Source of the DNA: Bacilli bacterium
GTDB lineage: Bacteria > Bacillota_I > Bacilli_A > RF39 > UBA660
NCBI GenBank assembly: GCA_017542465.1
Contig: JAFXXB010000005.1
Location: 10,614-74,613, forward strand
Direction: 5' to 3'
DNA: 64,000 bases
The notes below the pieces were generated by a model that was not told the DNA's origin, did no database searches, and saw nothing but the letters and a program-made list of their open reading frames with translations. Made by a program: the position numbers and the translations under genes. Every line of letters starts with the position of its first letter. Positions within the stretch are counted from its first letter, which is position 1. This document shows, piece by piece, positions 57,569-64,000 of this stretch.

Positions 57569-58411
57569 TTAATGTGCTAAAAAGCTAAAATATAATATTA
57601 CTATTATTCCTAATGCAATTCTATACCATCCGAATATTTGGAAGTCATGTTTTCTTACATATTTCAAGAAACTATGAATTACAATCATACTTACAATAAA
57701 TGCAACTCCACATCCAACACCCAAAATAATTAATTCAGTTGATGTGAAGACTAAACCTACATTCTTAATATATTTTAATAATTTTATTAATGAAGCTCCA
57801 GCCATAACTGGAATTGCTAATATAAATGTAAATTCAGCTATAGTTGGTCTATCAAATCCACTTGCAAGTCCACCAATGATTGTTGATCCAGATCTTGATG
57901 TACCAGGTATAAGTGAGAACACTTGGAAAATACCTACAGATAATGCTTGTTTAAATGATATATCTTTTAATTCCTTTGTAGTTTTCTTTCCAAATTTTGT
58001 TTTCTCCATTACTATAAAGATAATACCATACACTATTAACGCAATAGCTACAACAATTGGTGTATGCATCTTTTCTTCAAAGAAATCATCAAATAATACA
58101 CCAAGAACACCAGCAGGAATACATCCAACTATCATTAATCCCCATAATCTAAAAGTTTCTTTAGTTTCAGCTTTTGTTTTGCCAAATCCCCATGGCCATA
58201 TTTTTTTCCATAACACAATTACTATAGCAAGTATTGCTCCTAATTGAATAACAACTTCAAAGAATTCATAGAATTCAGGAGTAACATTTAAATGTATTAA
58301 ATTATTAAGTATTATCATATGTCCTGTCGATGATACTGGTAACCATTCAGTTACACCTTCAACAATACCAAATATAATAGCCTTTATTATTTCTTTAACT
58401 AATTCACTCAT
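57569..58411 (-). CDS. uppP: Undecaprenyl-diphosphatase
   Basis: 280 aa polytopic protein with GIVEGVTEWLPVSSTGH and PGTSRSG motifs. Confidence 0.9.
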   Translation of the reverse strand: MSELVKEIIKAIIFGIVEGVTEWLPVSSTGHMIILNNLIHLNVTPEFYEFFEVVIQLGAILAIVIVLWKKIWPWGFGKTKAETKETFRLWGLMIVGCIPAGVLGVLFDDFFEEKMHTPIVVAIALIVYGIIFIVMEKTKFGKKTTKELKDISFKQALSVGIFQVFSLIPGTSRSGSTIIGGLASGFDRPTIAEFTFILAIPVMAGASLIKLLKYIKNVGLVFTSTELIILGVGCGVAFIVSMIVIHSFLKYVRKHDFQIFGWYRIALGIIVILYFSFLAH

Positions 58412-58419
58412 AATATCAC

Positions 58420-60633
58420 CTATCTAAAAGCTTTATAAAGAACACTGTTCATATTATTTGCATCATATTCTTCAGCTGTCTTTAAAGCATTCTTTTTAAT
58501 CTTTTCTATATCTTTATTATCTAAAGAAATTACTTTTTCAATTACATTAACTAAATCATTATAATCATCTTGTTTAAACACATATGCATTCTTTTTATTA
58601 TCAACATAAGACATAGGTCCTTTAGCATCAGATGAAACAACTAATGTCTCACATGCCATTGCTTCAAGGCCAACCAATCCTAAAGATTCACTCTTACGTC
58701 TAGTTGGGAATACAAATATATCTAAAGCATTATATAGATAAGGTATTTCTTCTCTTTCAAATGAATCTAAAATAACTATTCTATCTTGTAATTTATATTT
58801 TTTTATTAATTGATCTAGTATATTCTTTTCAGATCCAAATCCAGCAATAATAAACTTATACTTATTATATTTCTTATCTTGTGCTAACACATTCATTGCT
58901 TCTATAAATGTATCATACCCTTTATCCTTTTCAAGTCTAGATATATAACCTATATAATTAGTTTTCTTATCTAATTTAAAATGTTCCTTTGCTTCATTTT
59001 TATCAATGTTATGGAATAATTCTAAATCAATTCCACCTGATGGATAAATAGTTACATCTGTTTTCTTAACACCATACTCTTTAATGACAACATCAGCATA
59101 GTATTTTGATGGAACAATAACTTGATTTGCTTTCTTTAAATACTTATGTGCTATTCTAACATTCTTTTCATCTTTCTTTGTATCAGCAACAATATCATTA
59201 CCATGTACATTAATTACATATTTAGTTTTACCAGTAAATGGTTTAGCTAAAAATGCACCTAATGATGAATGAGATACAAAATGAATATATACAAAATCAT
59301 AACTAACAAACATTAATCTTAATAATGATGCTCCATGTAAATACATATAAGCAAATAATTTTGAGATAATATTATTATGCTTTCCTATTGTTATCTTATC
59401 AACATCATACTTTTCACTTAATGCATCATATGTGTTTTCAACAAATATTCCATACCCTTGATTTTTTTTACTTGGATACATATTAGATATTAATAGTATT
59501 CTCTTCTTTTCATCTTTTTGTCTAGTAAGCATAAATAACGATGCTATAAATGTATACACCAAATAATTAGTAAATATATTACCTTGGAATAAGCCAGCAA
59601 AGAACATCATAGCTAATAATAGTTTATAAAGTCCTTTTATCTTAGCTCTATATAATATTGCACCTAAGAATCCTAAATAAATGATAAATGATACAACACC
59701 TAGAGTTAATAAGATATCAACTAAATCAATATTAACTTTATTATAATCATTTGAGAATATTAATCTATATCTATCTCTTCTATTCATTAAAGTGTTTAAT
59801 TCAACTCTAGATCCTTTAATTTTGAAATTAAAGAATACTCTATCAAAATTATCAAATTTAATTGGTTGATCTTCTTCTTTAAAAGAGAACATCTTTTGAG
59901 TTCTATATTCTTGATATTTTGGAATAACAGGTAAAATAATAACTGCAGCTGATGAGAATGTAGCAATTATTAATGCTATATGAGGTTTTTTCTTAAAATA
60001 GAAAAATAAACAATAAGCCACATATACTATTGATGCTGCATATACAGTTTTAGTTCCAACAAAAATAACTGTCATAACTGAAACAAATACAAAAATCAAT
60101 TTCATTATTATATTATTAGTCTTATAAATATAATTTAATGCCAATGGCATTAATAATGCAATCATAGGACTAATTATATTATTACCATAGAATATACCAA
60201 CAAAGTTTAATCTAGAAGTTGGTAAATTAATCTTAGCAAAGAAACATACAGTTAATATAGTTGCTAAGAATAAATAAATATATGCTAAGAATTTTCTGTT
60301 AAAATATTTATTATCATAATTAGTAAAGAATAATATCATAATAGGAAAATATAAAATAGTTAAAATATTAACAATATTAGGAATAGTATTCATATAGTTG
60401 AATACTGTAGAAATAATAGCTAATATCATAAATATCAAATAACCTATTAATAGTTTTCTCTTAACATTATTCATGAATAAATAAATGTATATTAGTATAA
60501 AGAATATTGATGTTAATACAAAACCTAATGGAGAAAAATCAACTTGAATTTTAATACCAAAAGATATAAATAAATAAACAATTGGTATAAATATAAAATA
60601 TACTAGTATAAAATTATCTATAAACTTTTTCAT
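58420..60633 (-). CDS. Fusion protein: polytopic O-antigen ligase/polymerase-like membrane domain + GT4 glycosyltransferase
   Basis: The first ~370 aa have 10 or more TM helices. The C-terminal ~360 aa are GT4-like (PTRRKSESLGLVGLEAMACETLVV). The N-domain family call is tentative. Confidence 0.65.
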   Translation of the reverse strand: MKKFIDNFILVYFIFIPIVYLFISFGIKIQVDFSPLGFVLTSIFFILIYIYLFMNNVKRKLLIGYLIFMILAIISTVFNYMNTIPNIVNILTILYFPIMILFFTNYDNKYFNRKFLAYIYLFLATILTVCFFAKINLPTSRLNFVGIFYGNNIISPMIALLMPLALNYIYKTNNIIMKLIFVFVSVMTVIFVGTKTVYAASIVYVAYCLFFYFKKKPHIALIIATFSSAAVIILPVIPKYQEYRTQKMFSFKEEDQPIKFDNFDRVFFNFKIKGSRVELNTLMNRRDRYRLIFSNDYNKVNIDLVDILLTLGVVSFIIYLGFLGAILYRAKIKGLYKLLLAMMFFAGLFQGNIFTNYLVYTFIASLFMLTRQKDEKKRILLISNMYPSKKNQGYGIFVENTYDALSEKYDVDKITIGKHNNIISKLFAYMYLHGASLLRLMFVSYDFVYIHFVSHSSLGAFLAKPFTGKTKYVINVHGNDIVADTKKDEKNVRIAHKYLKKANQVIVPSKYYADVVIKEYGVKKTDVTIYPSGGIDLELFHNIDKNEAKEHFKLDKKTNYIGYISRLEKDKGYDTFIEAMNVLAQDKKYNKYKFIIAGFGSEKNILDQLIKKYKLQDRIVILDSFEREEIPYLYNALDIFVFPTRRKSESLGLVGLEAMACETLVVSSDAKGPMSYVDNKKNAYVFKQDDYNDLVNVIEKVISLDNKDIEKIKKNALKTAEEYDANNMNSVLYKAFR

Positions 60634-60708
60634 CTATCATCACTTCTATTATTATTATAACAAAAATATAATTATAATAAATAAAAAAGTATGAATGTTT
60701 TCATACTT

Positions 60709-62121
60709 TTATTGATTTTTAATTTCTTTTTTCTTAAATACTAGAATTATACCAATTATTAATGCAATTATTGTAACAACATCAACACCTATAGCTTTTG
60801 GTAAAGTTAAACTCTCAGAGAATGACATACCACCATATAAGAATTCTGATATATCCCAAGTAAATATTGGTAAATATGATAATGGTTTAAACTTATCAAT
60901 CATTCCACTAAACATACTAGGAATAAATGTTAAAATAAATCCTAATACTACAGCTAAAGCAGTATTACCAATAAGAGCAGATATTAATACTGTAAATAAT
61001 GTTAAGATTAATAATTCAGGTAAAATACCTATTAATTTCATTAATGAAGCAGTTATTGTATTCATAGTAAATACTTGATGTGTATGATAATTATATTCTA
61101 CAATTGGTTGAGTTAAAGAACTAAACGAATTTGTAGTTACACCAGCAACAACACCTTCAACAATTGCTAAGAATAAAATAAAACCAAATACAACAATTAA
61201 AGTAGCAATTGTTTTACTAATTATTATTTTACTTCTAGTATATGGTCTAACTAATAATTGTTTAATAGTGCCTTTTGAGTATTCTTCTGCTACTATTTGA
61301 CCAGCAATCATTACTATACAAACTGTAATAAATAATGATACAGAACCAAATATACCAACAAATGATGATTGAGCACTTATAGCTTTATAATCACTCTTAA
61401 TCATATTATTATCAATTCTATATTGATACTTAGCAACTTGAGCTTGAGCCATCTCAAATGAATACTTTTCATTATGATTCATTAATTTAGTATCTTTCTT
61501 GTTAGAAGCATCATATGATGCATATGCAGTTAAATAACTATCTAACTCTTGAGATGCATCAGTATAAGCTAAAGGAATATCATTATTAAGTCTATATTCA
61601 TATACCCTTTTCATTTCTTTAGCAGTATCATCAGTTAATCCGATTTCATCTAAATTCTTCATTTGCTCTAATTGTTCATTGATATATGCTTTCCAATCAA
61701 AATTATCTAATTTAGATATTAATTCATTCTTTTCTTCTTCTAATTCTTTTGCTTTTTCTTCATTCTTTTCAACATATTTAGCATTGTAATAATTTGTAAT
61801 TACATCACTTATTTTATTATCTAAGAAATATTGAGCAGGTCCATTAGGGTCTAATTTCTTTTCCTTAGAAATATCATATGCATCTATAATAGGTTGCATT
61901 GTAACATATGCTTGTACATTTGTAGCATTACTTAAATCTAAGTCTTTTAACTCTTGTCTATAAGTTTCAATAAATAAAGCATTTACAGAGTTGTTATTAA
62001 CTTTAGTTATTAAAAATCCTGATAATGCAGTTATTATAAAAGCAATAATAGCTAAAATATATATTAGTTTTTTATGAAAAATCTTATATAATTCATTATA
62101 AATTAACTTAATCAATTTCAT
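60709..62121 (-). CDS. ABC-2 type transporter permease with a large extracytoplasmic loop
   Basis: TM1, a ~210 aa loop and then five TM helices. Overlaps the ATPase gene by 14 nt. Confidence 0.7.
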   Translation of the reverse strand: MKLIKLIYNELYKIFHKKLIYILAIIAFIITALSGFLITKVNNNSVNALFIETYRQELKDLDLSNATNVQAYVTMQPIIDAYDISKEKKLDPNGPAQYFLDNKISDVITNYYNAKYVEKNEEKAKELEEEKNELISKLDNFDWKAYINEQLEQMKNLDEIGLTDDTAKEMKRVYEYRLNNDIPLAYTDASQELDSYLTAYASYDASNKKDTKLMNHNEKYSFEMAQAQVAKYQYRIDNNMIKSDYKAISAQSSFVGIFGSVSLFITVCIVMIAGQIVAEEYSKGTIKQLLVRPYTRSKIIISKTIATLIVVFGFILFLAIVEGVVAGVTTNSFSSLTQPIVEYNYHTHQVFTMNTITASLMKLIGILPELLILTLFTVLISALIGNTALAVVLGFILTFIPSMFSGMIDKFKPLSYLPIFTWDISEFLYGGMSFSESLTLPKAIGVDVVTIIALIIGIILVFKKKEIKNQ

Positions 62122-63013
62122 TACCTCCTGCCTTATTTAAGAATGCATCTTCTAGAGATAATTCTTCATTAACAACTTGATAAATCTTTTTACCATTCTT
62201 AATTATCTTTTCAAGATATTCAGTAATCTCTTCTTTTTCAACTTGTAATTCTAAACTGTCTTTATCTATGATCTTACATACATTACCTAATACTTCAGCT
62301 AAACCTTCTGTAGAATCAACTTCAAGTTTATATGTTGTATTCTTAAGTTTCTTGAATTCTTTAACCTCTGATGAAGATAATATTTTACCATTCTTTATAA
62401 TACATACATTTGTAACAAAATTATCTAACTCAGCTAAGTTATGTGATGATATTAAAATAGCCATGTCTTCTTCTTTAGCTAACTTAATAAGTAAATCTCT
62501 TATTTCTTTAATTCCTTCAGGATCAAGTCCATTAGTAGGTTCATCTAGTATTAATACATTAGGTTTATGTATTAAAGCAGCAGCTATACCTAATCTTTGT
62601 CTCATACCTAAAGAATATTTAGATACTTTATCATCTATTCTCTTTTGTAAACCAACTAGTTTTACAATTTTATTTATTTCTTCTTTAGTTATTCCTTTAT
62701 ATAAGTTAGCAATTAATTGTAAGTTTTGTCTTCCTGATAAATACATATATAAATCAGGACTCTCAACTATTGCTCCAACTCTTTTAATAGCCCCTTCAAA
62801 ATCTGTTTTGATATCACATCCATTTATGATAACATCACCAGAATCAATCGATTGTAAGCCTAACATTAATTTAATTGTTGTTGTTTTACCAGCACCATTA
62901 GGCCCGATGAAACCTAATATTTCACCAGAATCAATTGAAAAGCTTACATTATGTAATATTTGTTTATTACCAAAACTTTTGTTAATCTTTTTTACTTCAA
63001 TTATTTTTCCCAT
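62108..63013 (-). CDS. ABC transporter ATP-binding protein
   Basis: Walker A GPNGAGKTT, signature LGMRQR (LSGGQ-type) and Walker B ILDEPTNGLD. Confidence 0.9.
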   Translation of the reverse strand: MGKIIEVKKINKSFGNKQILHNVSFSIDSGEILGFIGPNGAGKTTTIKLMLGLQSIDSGDVIINGCDIKTDFEGAIKRVGAIVESPDLYMYLSGRQNLQLIANLYKGITKEEINKIVKLVGLQKRIDDKVSKYSLGMRQRLGIAAALIHKPNVLILDEPTNGLDPEGIKEIRDLLIKLAKEEDMAILISSHNLAELDNFVTNVCIIKNGKILSSSEVKEFKKLKNTTYKLEVDSTEGLAEVLGNVCKIIDKDSLELQVEKEEITEYLEKIIKNGKKIYQVVNEELSLEDAFLNKAGGNEID

Positions 63014-63025
63014 ATTATTTCCTTT

Positions 63026-64000
63026 CTAATTTATCTTTGATAAATACCATTCTTGATTATAATTATTAGGTGTATCACAATAATTACACTTTTCACTTGT
63101 AACATCTATAGATGCTCCACAATTGTGGCAATTAATTGTATGAATTTTTCCATCATCTGTCTTTATGACTGGTTTATTATTTTTCTTAAAAGTAGTTTTT
63201 AATCTATTCACTTTAGTTTTAATTTTTCCTTTTTCATACATTACTTCTCTAACAATTATATCCATTGATAAGTATAAATTTGATGCATCTTCTACCAATT
63301 TAAAATTATAGTAATCAATCACATCATAATCTATGATATCACCTTTAGATTCAACATAGTAGTATTTGTCCAATTCATAATGTAAATTATTATAAAATGT
63401 TACATATGAGATTTGTCTTTCATCTAAGTCTTTCCATACCTTTTCATCATTCTTATTTATCTTATCTTTTTTAAGTTTAATTGGTAATAATACTATTAAG
63501 CTATCAACCATATAGAACGCAAAGAATAATATTAAAGCAGATACTAAACCAATACCTACAGTTTTACCAACATCATATATATTATAAGTTCTTCCTGTAT
63601 TATAGAAATAGAAGAATGCTATGATGATTGATATTATTACTGCAGTTATTAAAGCATATAAAATATACTTCTTATTAACTATAGCTAAGTCATATGTAGT
63701 TTTACTTCCCATATCTTTATTCTTATAATCAAGATTTAAATGTGATCCACAGAAAGGACATGACTCAATCTTTTCAGTAACATGAGTAATCATTCTACAG
63801 TTAGGACAATCAAAATCAGTTCCTATATCTTCACTGTTGATATATGAATATTCAATACGAGGATCAAATCCATATAACTTCTTAGATAGTTTATTGTTAA
63901 CAAAATAATCTTTTTCAACCCTTATTCCTTTAGTTAATTCATCATTTCTACTATTATTAGAATTTTTTTCAACTATCTTATCACCATCAGAATAAAGTGT
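63026..64000 (-). CDS. Zinc-ribbon membrane protein (5' end beyond the window)
   Basis: The frame stays open upstream of the track ATG (63793) to the window edge: ...FDCPNCRMITHVTEKIESCPFCG. Two TM helices and a C-terminal CHNCG...CNYC ribbon. Confidence 0.6.
   Translation of the reverse strand, partial: TLYSDGDKIVEKNSNNSRNDELTKGIRVEKDYFVNNKLSKKLYGFDPRIEYSYINSEDIGTDFDCPNCRMITHVTEKIESCPFCGSHLNLDYKNKDMGSKTTYDLAIVNKKYILYALITAVIISIIIAFFYFYNTGRTYNIYDVGKTVGIGLVSALILFFAFYMVDSLIVLLPIKLKKDKINKNDEKVWKDLDERQISYVTFYNNLHYELDKYYYVESKGDIIDYDVIDYYNFKLVEDASNLYLSMDIIVREVMYEKGKIKTKVNRLKTTFKKNNKPVIKTDDGKIHTINCHNCGASIDVTSEKCNYCDTPNNYNQEWYLSKIN

Noticed and set aside
57744-58247. 167 aa plus-strand ORF
   Set aside because: It is antisense to uppP, has no SD or promoter, and has shadow-frame composition.
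62268-63029. 253 aa plus-strand ORF
   Set aside because: It lies entirely antisense to a well-supported ABC ATPase gene with Walker A, Walker B and signature motifs. The translation is low-complexity S/L/I-rich, typical of a shadow ORF in AT-rich DNA.
1-64000. Alternative genetic code (TGA = Trp, as in Mollicutes), prompted by the very low GC
   Set aside because: Long housekeeping ORFs are intact under the standard code. TGA is used as a genuine stop, for example in the ATGA overlap at 54562..54565 and the stop at 35474..35476. Peptidoglycan genes (mraY, murG, VanY, sortase) are present.
1-64000. tRNA, rRNA, CRISPR arrays, transposases/integrases, prophage or known defence genes
   Set aside because: Every intergenic region longer than 100 nt was read. 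Apart from the leaders listed as features, they contain only promoters and terminators. No ORF shows recombinase, nuclease-helicase, reverse transcriptase or Cas-like motifs.

Overview
AT-rich (about 70% A+T by eye, not computed) chromosomal core segment of a low-GC Gram-positive (Bacillota-type) anaerobe. It uses the standard code: TGA acts as a stop and long ORFs stay intact. I call 59 protein genes, and 57 are on the minus strand. Only rpsD and a small EIIB-like gene are on the plus strand. Most of the content is housekeeping: recA (partial), mraY, rel, trpS, cysteine desulfurase, ezrA, PMM/PGM, gpmI, nrdDG, mutM, polA, rpsD, tyrS, ftsY-ylxM, LtaS-like, queH, ftsQ, murG, VanY-like, HU, a type IIA topoisomerase B subunit, uppP and an ABC transporter. 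Interspersed are many secreted or membrane-anchored hypothetical proteins that share a TM plus poly-Thr-linker layout. I found no rRNA, tRNA, CRISPR array, transposase/integrase or recognisable defence system, and no convincing large novel multi-gene system. The most interesting items follow. (1) An adjacent cohesin-like membrane scaffold and a dockerin-bearing SH3b/glucosaminidase-like wall hydrolase. (2) A GC-rich structured leader with promoter and intrinsic terminator upstream of a DUF362 gene (unclassified riboswitch candidate). (3) A short Rel/SpoT homologue with an intact HD hydrolase, a degenerate synthetase catalytic motif (EVQIRT -> QFQFKT) and no C-terminal regulatory domains. It is preceded by a 17-codon uORF whose stop lies inside a terminator-like hairpin. 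(4) A class B sortase with a long Lys-rich N-terminal extension next to a VPKTG substrate. (5) A membrane-tethered PTS EIIB-like domain that lacks the phospho-cysteine. Regulatory elements read directly from the sequence include a CIRCE operator at hsp20, a tyrS T-box, a pseudoknot-capable rpsD leader, many TGnTATAAT extended -10 promoters and many intrinsic terminators. Several ORF-track N-termini are artefactual extensions from a GTG or TTG inside or near the Shine-Dalgarno; I give refined starts.
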